From an uncultured Bacilli bacterium (GTDB lineage Bacteria; Bacillota_I; Bacilli_A; RF39; UBA660), in contig CALVYL010000001.1 of NCBI GenBank assembly GCA_944372215.1, positions 391 to 64,390 on the forward strand: a stretch of 64,000 nucleotides of DNA, in the 5' to 3' direction. The notes below the pieces were generated by a model. It did no database searches and was not told the DNA's origin. It saw nothing but the letters and a program-made list of their open reading frames with translations. The translations under genes and the position numbers were made by a program. Shown piece by piece: positions 41,175-51,901 of this stretch (position 1 is its first letter; each line of letters opens with the position of its first letter).

Positions 41175-43349
41175 TTAAATTCGTAAAGGATTGAAATCTA
41201 TTTCCAAATAACTATCTTTAATATTAATAAATATATTATCTAATTCTTTTAATGTTGGCATTAATTTATCATCAAATTTGTATTTAATAATTATTTGCAT
41301 TCGATATTCATTATTAAATTTTAGAATAGCTGCTGTTGTTGGTCCTAAAACTAAAGTATCTTTATTTAAGTTTTTGGTTAAATAATATTTAGCTTTTTTG
41401 GCATTTGCTAATGTTTTTTCATAATCTTTACCAATTATTTTTATTCCCACCATAAAATAATATGGCGGATATCTTAGATTCTTTCGAAAATTCATCTCTT
41501 GAATATAAAATTTATCATAATTATTTTCTTTGACACAATTGAGACAAAAATTATCAGGATTAAACGTTTGAATAATTACCTCGCCCGGAATTTCACTTCT
41601 GCCTGCTCGACCGGCAACTTGACTTAAAAGGGAATAGGTATTTTCCGTACTCCGGTAATCTGGCAAATTCAATGTAGTATCGGCATTAATTACACCTACC
41701 AAAGAAACTTTAGGAAAATCTAAGCCTTTACTAATCATCTGCGTACCTAACAATAAATCATATTTATGTTCTTTAAAGGCGTTAATAATTTCTTCATGTT
41801 TACCTTTATTGCGAGTGGTATCTTGATCCATTCGCACAACTCTAATATCTGGAAATAAATTTTTAATCGTCTCTTCTAGTTTTTCAGTCCCCAAACCATA
41901 ATAATTGAGGCTTTTTTCATGACAATTAGGACATAATTCATCCCTTCTTTTTTGATAACCGCAGTAATGACAAATTAAATTATTCGTTGTTTTATGATAA
42001 GTTAAGGTTATATCACAATTTGGACATTTATATGTATAGCCGCAATTACTACAGGTAATAAATGTTGCAAACCCCCGACGATTAAGAAGCAATATTATTT
42101 GTTCTTGTTTAGCTAATTTTTCGGCAATTTTATCTTTTAACAAATCACTAAATATGGTATTTCTTTTCTTCATTTCGGCTTCCATATCTACTAAATATAT
42201 TTTAGGTAACTGAGCATTACCAATTCTCTTGGTAAGTTTAAGCAATTTATATACGCCTTTATCTGCTCGAGCTTTACTTTCTAAACTAGGAGTAGCACTA
42301 CCCAATATTACTGGAATATTGTTATATTTTCCCCGATATATGGCAATATCTCGAGCATGATACCTTGGATTATTGTCTTGCTTATAACTACTACTATCTT
42401 CTTCATCAATTATAATTATTCCTAAATTTTTTAATGGCACAAAGATAGCACTACGGGTACCAACAACTACATGGACATCTCCTCGCAATATTTTCAAATA
42501 TTCGTCATATTTTTCACCTTCAGATAAAGAACTATGAAAAATTGCTACATCACTACCGAAAGCTTCATAAAAACGATTAGCGATCTGAGTAGTTAAACCA
42601 ATCTCCGGAACTAACATGATTGCAGTTTTACCAGCATTTATAACCTTTTCAATCCATTTAATATAAATCTCTGTTTTACCACTGCCTGTAATTCCATATA
42701 ATAAATAAGTAGCATATTTTTCTAAAGCAACAGAATTATAAACCTTATTTTGCTCTGCAGTTAATTCTTTTTTGACTATCTTATTATTATCTTTATTGAT
42801 ACGATATTTACTAACTTTTTCAAAATCAATTAAATCTTCTTCTTTTAAACTTTTAAGTATATTACTACTTATTTCTTTTTTATTTAATTTATTTTCTTTT
42901 AATCTATTGATAATTTCTATTTGTTTTTTTCTATTTGGGTATTTTTTTATGTAATCATTAGCTTTATTTATATCTTTTAATAAAACATATTCATCATATA
43001 TATTATAATTGTGCTTTTGTTCTTTTATTTTTAAGCTACTAGGAAGCATTGTTTGATATGCCGTAATTAAATTACATAATGTGATACTAGATAAATATTT
43101 ACCAATATCCACTAATTCTTTATTTAAAACTAGTTCTGAATTATCAATTCTAATAATGTCTTTTAATTCATAATCGGTATCATTAGTATCTTTTAATTCC
43201 ATAACAAAACCAAATACCTCTTTTACTCCAAAGGGTACATATACTTTCATTCCTACTTGAATAACTCCTTGTAATTCTTCAGGAACTTTATAAATAAACA
43301 TCTTATTTAAAGATTTAACTGGATATTCTATTATTACATTTGCATACAT
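41175..43349 (-). CDS. priA: Primosomal replication factor PriA helicase
   Basis: Walker A GITGSGKTE. DEAH-like IIDEEDSSSYKQ. Cys4 zinc-binding insertion (CSNCGY...CPNC...CHYCGY...CPNC). Confidence 0.92.
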   Translation of the reverse strand: MYANVIIEYPVKSLNKMFIYKVPEELQGVIQVGMKVYVPFGVKEVFGFVMELKDTNDTDYELKDIIRIDNSELVLNKELVDIGKYLSSITLCNLITAYQTMLPSSLKIKEQKHNYNIYDEYVLLKDINKANDYIKKYPNRKKQIEIINRLKENKLNKKEISSNILKSLKEEDLIDFEKVSKYRINKDNNKIVKKELTAEQNKVYNSVALEKYATYLLYGITGSGKTEIYIKWIEKVINAGKTAIMLVPEIGLTTQIANRFYEAFGSDVAIFHSSLSEGEKYDEYLKILRGDVHVVVGTRSAIFVPLKNLGIIIIDEEDSSSYKQDNNPRYHARDIAIYRGKYNNIPVILGSATPSLESKARADKGVYKLLKLTKRIGNAQLPKIYLVDMEAEMKKRNTIFSDLLKDKIAEKLAKQEQIILLLNRRGFATFITCSNCGYTYKCPNCDITLTYHKTTNNLICHYCGYQKRRDELCPNCHEKSLNYYGLGTEKLEETIKNLFPDIRVVRMDQDTTRNKGKHEEIINAFKEHKYDLLLGTQMISKGLDFPKVSLVGVINADTTLNLPDYRSTENTYSLLSQVAGRAGRSEIPGEVIIQTFNPDNFCLNCVKENNYDKFYIQEMNFRKNLRYPPYYFMVGIKIIGKDYEKTLANAKKAKYYLTKNLNKDTLVLGPTTAAILKFNNEYRMQIIIKYKFDDKLMPTLKELDNIFINIKDSYLEIDFNPLRI

Positions 43350-43386
43350 AATTTTATTTTAACAAAGGAACTTTAAAAAAACAATA

Positions 43387-44292
43387 CTATTTTTTAGTAT
43401 CGTTCTTTTTTTCTTCCATGACCTCTTTTAGGGCTGTACCAAAAGTAGCAACACCAGATAACTCGGCAGGAACAATTATTTTAGTAGATTTGCCATTAGC
43501 TAAGTGTTCTAAAGCTTCATAACTTTTAAGCCTTAAAACCGCTTCATCAGCTTTAGCTTCTCTAATTAGTTTAATGGCATCAGCTTCGGCTTGTTTGATT
43601 TTAAGTAAAGCTTCAGCTTCCCCTTCCGCAACTTTAATTTGGCTCATCATTTGGGCTTCAGCGCGAAGAATTGCACTTTCTTTTTCACCTTCAGCAATTA
43701 AAATACTTGATTTCTTTTCCCCTTCGGCTTGTAAGATTTTTTCTCTTCTTTCTCTTTCAGCTCGCATTTGTTTTTCCATAGCATCTTGAATATCTCGTGG
43801 AGGCAAAATATTTTTAACCTCAACTCGATTAACTTTAATACCCCAAGGATCTGTTGCTTCATCAAGTATTGAACGCATTTTGGTATTAATAATATCTCTA
43901 CTAGTAAGAGTTTGATCAAGTTCAAGTTCCCCAATAATATTACGAAGAGTTGTTGCTGTCAAATTTTCAATAGCATTAATTGGATAGTCAACTCCATACG
44001 TATAAAGTTTAGGATCCGTTATTTGAAAATAAACTACTGTATCGATTTGCATTGTAACATTATCTTTGGTAATTACTGGTTGGGGAGCAAAATCTTTAAC
44101 AATTTCTTTTAAAGTAACTTTGTTGGCTACTCGATCAATGAATGGAACTTTAAAATGTAAGCCATTATGCCATGTTGCATAATAAGAACCTAATCTTTCA
44201 ATAACATAACTCTGAGCTTGTGGAACAATTTTAATACTTAGTAAAATAACTATAACTACAATTACAAGTATAGCAATTAATATTTCTGGCAT
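43387..44292 (-). CDS. SPFH/band-7 (stomatin-like) membrane protein
   Basis: N-terminal TM. SPFH core. C-terminal coiled-coil with an AEGE motif. Confidence 0.8.
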   Translation of the reverse strand: MPEILIAILVIVVIVILLSIKIVPQAQSYVIERLGSYYATWHNGLHFKVPFIDRVANKVTLKEIVKDFAPQPVITKDNVTMQIDTVVYFQITDPKLYTYGVDYPINAIENLTATTLRNIIGELELDQTLTSRDIINTKMRSILDEATDPWGIKVNRVEVKNILPPRDIQDAMEKQMRAERERREKILQAEGEKKSSILIAEGEKESAILRAEAQMMSQIKVAEGEAEALLKIKQAEADAIKLIREAKADEAVLRLKSYEALEHLANGKSTKIIVPAELSGVATFGTALKEVMEEKKNDTKK

Positions 44293-44714
44293 TATTCTCC
44301 CTCCTTTCTCACAACTAATTTAACACCATCGATGGCATCAACTACTACAGTTTCACCAACAGCTATTTTTTTATTGCTGATAGCACTCCATCTTTTACCA
44401 TCAACTTTTACCTCACCAACTTGATTTTTCTTTATTTCTTCAGTAACTAATCCGTTCATACCAATAACCCTATCAATATTTGTTCTTGCTCTTTGGGTAG
44501 GTAAAATTCTTTTGAGTATCGGTCTAGTTGTAAAAAGCAAAATGATTCCTAATACCGCAAATGTGGTGGAAACTATAGTTACATCATCAATAAAGAATGA
44601 TAAAATCATGGCAACAATACCACTTATTACAAACCAAATAGTTAATAAATTTACCGTTGCTATTTCAATAATAGCTAAAACTATAACTAAAACAAGCCAA
44701 AAAATCCAATCCAT
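44292..44714 (-). CDS. NfeD-family membrane protein
   Basis: Two TM helices followed by an OB-fold C-terminus. Coupled to the SPFH gene. Confidence 0.7.
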   Translation of the reverse strand: MDWIFWLVLVIVLAIIEIATVNLLTIWFVISGIVAMILSFFIDDVTIVSTTFAVLGIILLFTTRPILKRILPTQRARTNIDRVIGMNGLVTEEIKKNQVGEVKVDGKRWSAISNKKIAVGETVVVDAIDGVKLVVRKEGE

Positions 44715-44780
44715 AATAATTCAACTCCACTTAAATTATACAATAAAATACTATGAAAAAAAAGTGCTTTTTAACACTTT

Positions 44781-45068
44781 TTAATCGGTAATAGTAGTCA
44801 TTTCACTATTTAAATTTAAGGTAAATAAATTTAATAGTTTAACCAAAATTTGTTCATCATCTTCTTTAATAACAAATTGTTTATCATCTTTTAATATCTC
44901 TTTTAAAACTACGTATTCATCACTAGGTTCTTCTGATTCGTTTAAAACTACTGATAAAAAATAGTTTTCATTTTCTAATGTTGCTTTTTCTAAAAGCAAA
45001 CAATTAACACCATTTTCTAAAGTAATTACAGTATCTACACGCATCTTATCTTCCACCTCTTCCAACAC
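44781..45068 (-). CDS. DUF1292-like small acidic protein
   Basis: VITLENGVNCLLLEKATLENENYFLSVVLNESEE pattern. Confidence 0.45.
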   Translation of the reverse strand: MLEEVEDKMRVDTVITLENGVNCLLLEKATLENENYFLSVVLNESEEPSDEYVVLKEILKDDKQFVIKEDDEQILVKLLNLFTLNLNSEMTTITD

Positions 45069-46893
45069 TAGGTTGTGCTTCTACTTTATTGTTATTTGCT
45101 AATTTCTTTTTATAACTTTTTAACAGTTCATTACCCCAATTTAATATTCCTTTACCATCTCTTGGTTGTTCTTCACTTTCAAGTAATGGACTAGAAACAT
45201 CATTAGATTTAATATGTTGATAATATATTGTACTTATAGTACTACCTAAAGCAGCAACTGGTATACCAACAAGAAGTGGTAGAGAACTAGCTATAGTACA
45301 TGTGGCTGTTACACCTAATATTAATTTAGCCATAGGAGCTGATATTGCTCTTCTAGTTCTTTTTACCTCAATTTCTTTTTTAGCGGGAATACTACCTTCA
45401 TTTTTGGAAGCTGCAACTTGTTGTTTAGCTAACATTTCGCGATCTTCTTCTTCTATTTTTTTAGCAGTATTCCGAGATATTTCCGCAAATATATCTTCAT
45501 TGTTCTTTTCTACTGAAGGCGCAGGTGCATTTTCCTTTTCCACTGTTACTTGAGGAATTTCTGGCTCTTTAGTAGGTTCTTCCGTTAAATCACCATCATA
45601 GTTAATCATTTTTTTGATTTCTTCTAATTCTTTTTCAAAATTAGAAATTTCTGGTAATATTTGATCGGGACTAACAGGAGTTTGGATATTTGCTTCTTGA
45701 TCTAACGTTTCAACATCTTCTTCTTTAGAGGAATCACCACCTGTTGGTGCTGAAGGTTCAAGATTGGCATTTTCTTTTTTAGTTTGATCCAAAGCTTTAA
45801 ATTCCACATTTAATATATTTTCATCAGCGCTAAATCTATTAGTTATAGAGGTACTTGTATAATAATAACCATTTGGCAAATATAAACTTGATAATGGATT
45901 ATCACAACTAATCAATGCATCATATTTACTATCACTTGGAATACCTAATTCAAAATTACTCCGAGGATTTAAGCGTTTTAATTCATTAAATAACCAGTTT
46001 ATATTGTCATTTTTTCTTTTAGCATCACTTTCTTTTAAAGTTTCAGCATTCTCCGGTAATAAAACTGGATCATTGCTAGTAGCAAAAAAGTCTTTAATTA
46101 CTGGTTTTTCTTCATTAATTACTTTTACTGGTTCCGGTTCTACAATTTCTTTTTTGTCAGCCACTTGGTTATTTTGACCTTTTTGAGTAATATGATAGTT
46201 TTTACAAATGGCATCTAATTCTTTTTGACTATTAATTCTTTGAATACCAAAATTATCTACTATATTTTTTATATCATTAAATTTATTTTCTAAATCCTCA
46301 TTAGCAACCGCCGTAATTGCAGTACTTAAAGCATTTAAATCATCGGTTAAACTGTTTTTAAATTGAAGCAAATCAAATGTCGCTAAAGTTTTTTCGTATT
46401 CTTCTCTTTCTTTATTAAACAAATTCATGGCTTTATATAAAGCTTCTTCTTTAGCCCGACTTTCATCTGCTAATCTTCCGAATTCAATAGTCAAATCTTC
46501 ATCATTTAAACCTTTTTCATTAATATGATTCAAATCATATTGAGCTTTGACATATTCATCTTTGGCTTGATCAAGGGTATTTTGAGCAGCAAGATAACCA
46601 CTAACAAAAGTCATCTTATCTTTCAAACTTTTAATTTTTTCCTGAATATCACTAGCTATATTCAAAGAATTTATTTCCTCTTCAAGTTTATTTAGGCCAT
46701 CAAGAAAACTTTGTGCAAAAGCAATAATATCAATTGGACTATTTATTCTCCTTTTTAATAATTCTAAACGTTCAACTAAGTCTGCAAAATTACTGTTTTG
46801 AACAGTTTTCATAAAATCATTAAAATGATTTTTATCAATGCTAAATCCATTATTTGTTAGTTTAACCATTAAATCATACATATTATTATTCAT
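45046..46893 (-). CDS. Hypothetical coiled-coil protein with a C-terminal membrane anchor (615 aa)
   Basis: Long helical/low-complexity N-region. C-terminal TM AKLILGVTATCTIASSLPLLVGIPVAALG. Confidence 0.4.
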   Translation of the reverse strand: MNNNMYDLMVKLTNNGFSIDKNHFNDFMKTVQNSNFADLVERLELLKRRINSPIDIIAFAQSFLDGLNKLEEEINSLNIASDIQEKIKSLKDKMTFVSGYLAAQNTLDQAKDEYVKAQYDLNHINEKGLNDEDLTIEFGRLADESRAKEEALYKAMNLFNKEREEYEKTLATFDLLQFKNSLTDDLNALSTAITAVANEDLENKFNDIKNIVDNFGIQRINSQKELDAICKNYHITQKGQNNQVADKKEIVEPEPVKVINEEKPVIKDFFATSNDPVLLPENAETLKESDAKRKNDNINWLFNELKRLNPRSNFELGIPSDSKYDALISCDNPLSSLYLPNGYYYTSTSITNRFSADENILNVEFKALDQTKKENANLEPSAPTGGDSSKEEDVETLDQEANIQTPVSPDQILPEISNFEKELEEIKKMINYDGDLTEEPTKEPEIPQVTVEKENAPAPSVEKNNEDIFAEISRNTAKKIEEEDREMLAKQQVAASKNEGSIPAKKEIEVKRTRRAISAPMAKLILGVTATCTIASSLPLLVGIPVAALGSTISTIYYQHIKSNDVSSPLLESEEQPRDGKGILNWGNELLKSYKKKLANNNKVEAQPSVGRGGR

Positions 46894-46949
46894 ATTAAAT
46901 CCCTCACTATTATAATAATATCACACAACTAGCAATTATGCAATATTTT

Positions 46950-46977
46950 TTCAAAAAAACAAGCCATATATTCCGGC
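46950..46977 (-). terminator. Intrinsic terminator after rpmF
   Basis: Minus strand: aagcc-ggaatatat-ggctt followed by gttttttt. Confidence 0.65.
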
Positions 46978-47169
46978 TTATTCTTCACTGTTATTTTCCA
47001 CATTAATAACCTCTTCACCTTTGTAATAGCCACATTTAGTACAAGCTCTATGAGGTCTTAATGTTGCTCCACATTTTGGACAAGTAGTTAATGCTCCTAC
47101 ATCTTTTTTCAAATGAGTACGACGCATTCTCTTCTTTGTTTTACTAGTTCTTCTAAAAGGAACTGCCAT
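46978..47169 (-). CDS. rpmF: 50S ribosomal protein L32
   Basis: [19 protein letters not shown] with a CxxC...CxxC pair. Confidence 0.92.
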   Translation of the reverse strand: MAVPFRRTSKTKKRMRRTHLKKDVGALTTCPKCGATLRPHRACTKCGYYKGEEVINVENNSEE

Positions 47170-47171
47170 TT

Positions 47172-47627
47172 TTATTCACCACCTTTAAATATATCTTTTA
47201 ATTTTGCAAAATCTGGATTGATATCTTTTTCCTCCGGATTTAATTCCCAACCATCACCTTTTAAGTTAACTCCTGAATTATTAGTTAAACTAATGGGAAC
47301 CTCTAGTACAATATTTTCCCACAAAAATTCCAGTTTATCAAGAGTATTTTGTTCTTTTTTGTAATATTTTGCACTTTTTTCGATTGTTTCATTAATATTT
47401 AAATCAATATTTTTAACAATTTCTTCTAAAGTTATAGCATCTTGAAGAATCATATTACCACTAAGATTAATATTTGTTTCTATTTCATCTGATAAATTAT
47501 AGAAAATATCTCCTACAACATGCATGTTATCTAAACGAACAATATCAGTATCTTGGTAATAACTTTCGGGAAAAATAATATCTTCATCAAGATGAACTGG
47601 TAATAAATTCAAATTTATATTATTCAT
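47172..47627 (-). CDS. YceD/DUF177 family protein
   Basis: Conserved position immediately upstream of rpmF. Acidic protein of about 150 aa. Confidence 0.6.
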   Translation of the reverse strand: MNNINLNLLPVHLDEDIIFPESYYQDTDIVRLDNMHVVGDIFYNLSDEIETNINLSGNMILQDAITLEEIVKNIDLNINETIEKSAKYYKKEQNTLDKLEFLWENIVLEVPISLTNNSGVNLKGDGWELNPEEKDINPDFAKLKDIFKGGE

Positions 47628-48645
47628 TATTCACCCCAATCATAGTTTTATATCTATAGTTTAATTCTTTAACAACATTTTTTCCACGAATATCTAAAAT
47701 AACATAACGAGTACTATCTTCACTCTCTAATTCTGCATAAGTATAATTATTAACTATATTATAAGCGGCAGCAACTTTTTCAGAACCAATATTAAAATCT
47801 TCACTAAGAGGCAAACCAAGTTCCATATCAAATATTCTTAATATGTATTGAGTTCCATCGGTCACTTGATATACAAAATAAGCATTATTTAAACTGATAA
47901 ATTCGATGTTTTCTTCAAAATCGTCAGTCAATAAATTACTGATATTTGTGGTACTAGCATTATTTAAATTGTAATAATAATATTCATTATCTCCTTGAAA
48001 AACTAAATATTTATCATTTATTGCTAAAAGTTGCAAATTAGCATTAGCTCCACGCATTACTATTAATGCATTATTGCCAGTTTCTACATTATATTCATAC
48101 ACTCCTGCAGTTTGGGTATAATATATTTTATTATTTTGATACAATATCTTAGAACTATCTAAATTAGAGGTTATTTCAATATTTTCGGTACCTCCGATAT
48201 TTCTGAAGCTTAAAGTTGTTCCTTCAATTATTATTAATCTATCTTGTTCTACTAGTATATCAACTGAACTACTATAAAATGGATCTAATTCATATAAGTA
48301 ATATTTTTCCTCATTACTATTATAATGCAATTCATTGATAGCATCAGAGTAAAATGTTAAATGATTATTCCGCCATGAAAGGTTATCCACGGTATAAAAC
48401 AATCTAAGACCTAAATCCATTTCTTCAAAGTTATCATTTAAGCCACTTATTCTATAGGTGCCATCTTCATCATGATATATGCCATAATATGGGTAAGTCT
48501 CTGGATATGGATCATCATAGACTATTTCTTCAACATTTCGATTATGCATGAATTTAGCTAAATTATACATAATGATTATGACAATTATAACTGCTATAAT
48601 AGCAATAATGGTAAATATTAATTTCTTTCTTTTTTCTGGTAGCAC
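47620..48645 (-). CDS. Signal-anchored hypothetical protein (341 aa), Tyr/Asn-rich, possibly a beta-propeller
   Basis: N-terminal TM IFTIIAIIAVIIVIIIMY. Repetitive Y/N-rich ectodomain. Confidence 0.4.
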   Translation of the reverse strand: MLPEKRKKLIFTIIAIIAVIIVIIIMYNLAKFMHNRNVEEIVYDDPYPETYPYYGIYHDEDGTYRISGLNDNFEEMDLGLRLFYTVDNLSWRNNHLTFYSDAINELHYNSNEEKYYLYELDPFYSSSVDILVEQDRLIIIEGTTLSFRNIGGTENIEITSNLDSSKILYQNNKIYYTQTAGVYEYNVETGNNALIVMRGANANLQLLAINDKYLVFQGDNEYYYYNLNNASTTNISNLLTDDFEENIEFISLNNAYFVYQVTDGTQYILRIFDMELGLPLSEDFNIGSEKVAAAYNIVNNYTYAELESEDSTRYVILDIRGKNVVKELNYRYKTMIGVNNE

Positions 48646-50379
48646 TTAAATCACCCTTTTAAACATTTTTTCCAATTCATAATTAGTAAATTTCATAATA
48701 GAAGGTCTGCCATGACAACAATTATAAGGATTATCACATTTAACTAAATCTTTTAATAACTGATTCATTTCTTCAAAACTTAGTCTTTCGTTAGCTTTAA
48801 CACTCATTTTACAAGACACCATTTTAGCTAAGCTATCTAAAAATCGTTCTTTATTAAAGTTTTTACCATTAGTTATTACTAAATCGATAATACTTTTTAA
48901 ATTATCCCCTTCAAAGTTTTTAGTAAGCCAAGTAGGATGAGCTTTAATAACTATTGTATTAATTCCAAATTCTTCTATTTTAAACCCTAAATCATCTAAT
49001 ACCTTCTTATTTTCCATAAAGGTATTAAAATCACTAGTAGTAAGTTCAATAGATAAAGGAACTAACATTTCGGTTATGGCAATTTCACTTTCCTGAAATT
49101 TTTTTTGAATCATTTCATAATTTACTCTTTCATGGGCCGCATGCTGATCTAAAATATACATTCCCTCTTCATCTTCAGCAATAATATAGGTACCATGAAT
49201 TTGACCAATTGGATATAAATTTAATGTCTTCAACTCGGCATTTTTATTATCATCTATATCCATAACATTTCTTGGTTCGGCAAAGTCCATTTTAGTTTGA
49301 ATAACCGTAGTATTCTTTTCAGATACATAATTATTATCCAGCGAAAAATCACTTTTAACATTATTTAATGATTCATCTATTAAAGCATTAGGTACTAATA
49401 AATTTTCATACAATGCTTTCTTAATATTATTATATAATAATTTTTCTAAGTTTTCAATCTTACTTATTTTAATATCTTGTTTTGTAGGATGGATATTTAC
49501 ATCAACTAATGTTGGATCAGTAGTAATTTGGATGACTACCACCGGATAAAACCCTTCATGTTTATAGGTGTTATAAGCATCGTTTATAGCTCTATTTATA
49601 TCATTATTTCGAACTACTCTACCATTAACTATAGTATTTAAATGATTACGATTTTTCTTTAAAACACTCGGTTTAGAAACATAACCATATATTAAGAAAT
49701 CATCACTACTAGCTTTAATTTCTAACATATTACTAGAAACATTTAAACCGTATATTTCATGAATACACTTGAGCAAATTGTCACTACCGCTAGTTTTTAC
49801 TACAACCCGATCATTATTTGTTAAAGTAAATGCTATTTCGGGTTTGGATAATGCTAATTTTTCAATATATCTAATACAATTATTAGCTTCTGTGGTTTCA
49901 CTTTTTAAATATTTAAGTCTAGCAGGAGTATTATAAAACAAATTAGTAATAGTTATTATAGTACCCTGACGAGCAGAAGCATCTTCAACTAAATCCATAG
50001 TACCACCCTTAATATGAACATGAGTGCCAACATCACCACTACAAGTAATCATGTTAACCTCACTAACACTGGCAATACTAGCTAATGCTTCACCTCGAAA
50101 ACCCAAAGTTTCAATAAAATACAAATCATCGTCTTTATAAATTTTACTAGTTGCATGTCTAGCAAAAGCTAATACTGCATCAGCTTTATCCATTCCAGAG
50201 CCATCATCAATAACCTCAATTTTTTTAATGCCTCCATCTTCTAAATTGACCTTAATATGTTTAGCTCCGGCATCAATAGCATTCTCTACTAATTCTTTAA
50301 CAACTGATGCACATTTTTCAACAACCTCACCAGCAGCAATTTTATTAGCCAAATTTTCACTCATTACTTTAATTTTCAT
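48646..50379 (-). CDS. mutL: DNA mismatch repair protein MutL
   Basis: GHKL ATPase N-terminus NKIAAGEVVEKCASVVKELVENAIDAG. The start was set at MKIKVM (50379). Confidence 0.9.
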   Translation of the reverse strand: MKIKVMSENLANKIAAGEVVEKCASVVKELVENAIDAGAKHIKVNLEDGGIKKIEVIDDGSGMDKADAVLAFARHATSKIYKDDDLYFIETLGFRGEALASIASVSEVNMITCSGDVGTHVHIKGGTMDLVEDASARQGTIITITNLFYNTPARLKYLKSETTEANNCIRYIEKLALSKPEIAFTLTNNDRVVVKTSGSDNLLKCIHEIYGLNVSSNMLEIKASSDDFLIYGYVSKPSVLKKNRNHLNTIVNGRVVRNNDINRAINDAYNTYKHEGFYPVVVIQITTDPTLVDVNIHPTKQDIKISKIENLEKLLYNNIKKALYENLLVPNALIDESLNNVKSDFSLDNNYVSEKNTTVIQTKMDFAEPRNVMDIDDNKNAELKTLNLYPIGQIHGTYIIAEDEEGMYILDQHAAHERVNYEMIQKKFQESEIAITEMLVPLSIELTTSDFNTFMENKKVLDDLGFKIEEFGINTIVIKAHPTWLTKNFEGDNLKSIIDLVITNGKNFNKERFLDSLAKMVSCKMSVKANERLSFEEMNQLLKDLVKCDNPYNCCHGRPSIMKFTNYELEKMFKRVI

Positions 50380-51271
50380 TGTTACCTCCAACAAGAGATT
50401 TTCTAATTTCAATATTAGAATTATTTATAAATATTTTAGCAGCACCACTAAATTTAATAAAACCTATTCCTTTAATAACTAAATCTTCATTAAATTGAAC
50501 ATTTAAATTATACACATATTCTTCTCTTACTCTTCTTTTTTGTACCAATATATCATTTGGTAAATATAAAGTTATATTAATATCTTGATCACTTGCTAAA
50601 ATATATTTATCAATTAATAAACAATATTTATTTTTAAGTTGATAGGTTATGGGTTTAATTTGTTTTTTAGGTACATATACCGGATAATTACAAACAAAAC
50701 CTGGAGCATCAACAATATTACCTATTTTAATAAATTCTTGGGTTGTGTTTTCTTTATTACTGACAGTTATATCACTACCAATAATTTTATTTATTAAACT
50801 GCTTTTACCCATGTTAGTTAGACCACAAAATATTACATTATTATTTTCAATAATATTTAAAATTCTACTAATATTTTCATTATTAAATGTACTACATAAA
50901 ATGATATCTTCAGTTATTTGATAAACTTCTTTAATATTTTCTACTAATTTATTTTTTATAATATTTTTAGGAATTATATCACTTTTAGTTATAACTAAAT
51001 ATTTAATATTTTTTATTTTTTTATAATATTCTATTATTTCATTATTAATATTAAAAAAATCAACTAAAAATAAAACAACACTATTGCTTTTATTAATATA
51101 ATTAACAATACCATTATTATCTTGAATTTTACCGTCATTTATATTGGTGCCATAATGTTTTAATTTAAAACAACGCATGCATAAATCATTACTTAGTTTT
51201 GGAGTATAACCTAATTTATTTTTATCACTATCTTGTAAAGCAACACCACAGCCCAGACATTTTTTAATCAT
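50369..51271 (-). CDS. yqeH: Ribosome-biogenesis GTPase YqeH-like (circularly permuted, N-terminal Zn ribbon)
   Basis: CLGCG...CMRCF zinc ribbon. G4-G1 order. 300 aa, shorter than usual. Confidence 0.6.
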   Translation of the reverse strand: MIKKCLGCGVALQDSDKNKLGYTPKLSNDLCMRCFKLKHYGTNINDGKIQDNNGIVNYINKSNSVVLFLVDFFNINNEIIEYYKKIKNIKYLVITKSDIIPKNIIKNKLVENIKEVYQITEDIILCSTFNNENISRILNIIENNNVIFCGLTNMGKSSLINKIIGSDITVSNKENTTQEFIKIGNIVDAPGFVCNYPVYVPKKQIKPITYQLKNKYCLLIDKYILASDQDINITLYLPNDILVQKRRVREEYVYNLNVQFNEDLVIKGIGFIKFSGAAKIFINNSNIEIRKSLVGGNNEN

Positions 51272-51782
51272 AATATTCCCCCATAACTAATATGTTTTCT
51301 TTAGCAAATTTTTTTAAGAAAAATCGTTCAAAAAAACGATTAATTCTCGTAGATATAAATTCATATCTAGCCATGCGATTTACTAAAATGCTAGTAAATC
51401 CCATGCGATTAGCACCAAGAATATCGGTAAGTAATTGATCACCAATACAAGCAATTTCACTATCTTTAAAATGATATAGTTCGAGTATTCTTTTATATTT
51501 TTTCTTAAAAGGTTTTCTGCTGCTGAAAGCCACATCAACATTTAACTTTTCTTTAAATGGTGTAAGTCTTGTTTTATTACTATTAGATATTATGATTACT
51601 TTAAAATCTTCTTCTAACTTAGCAAATAATTCTTTTAATTTTTGATCTGGTTCTTTTTCTTTACAAGGTACAATGGTATTATCTAAATCAAATAATAAAC
51701 ATTTGATACCATTTTTCTTTAGTTTTTTATAATTAATTGAATAAATACTTTTTTGATAAACATCAGGTATTAATAAATCCAT
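51264..51782 (-). CDS. yqeG: YqeG-family HAD-IIIA phosphatase
   Basis: LLFDLDNTI motif. Overlaps yqeH by 8 nt, the conserved yqeG-yqeH arrangement. Confidence 0.75.
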   Translation of the reverse strand: MDLLIPDVYQKSIYSINYKKLKKNGIKCLLFDLDNTIVPCKEKEPDQKLKELFAKLEEDFKVIIISNSNKTRLTPFKEKLNVDVAFSSRKPFKKKYKRILELYHFKDSEIACIGDQLLTDILGANRMGFTSILVNRMARYEFISTRINRFFERFFLKKFAKENILVMGEYYD

Positions 51783-51901
51783 AGTAAAACCTTCTTCCTA
51801 AATAATTATAACAATTTTCATTCAAAATAAAAAGGACTAAAGTCCATTTTATTTAACAATTTCACTAGAATTCCAACAATATTTAGGGAGGCAGATAAAT
51901 T

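Noticed and set aside
50380-50412. Longer N-terminal extension of mutL (MKLENLLLEVT...)
   Set aside because: The MutL family N-terminus aligns from MKIKVM...NKIAAGEVVE. The extension would overlap yqeH by 44 nt.
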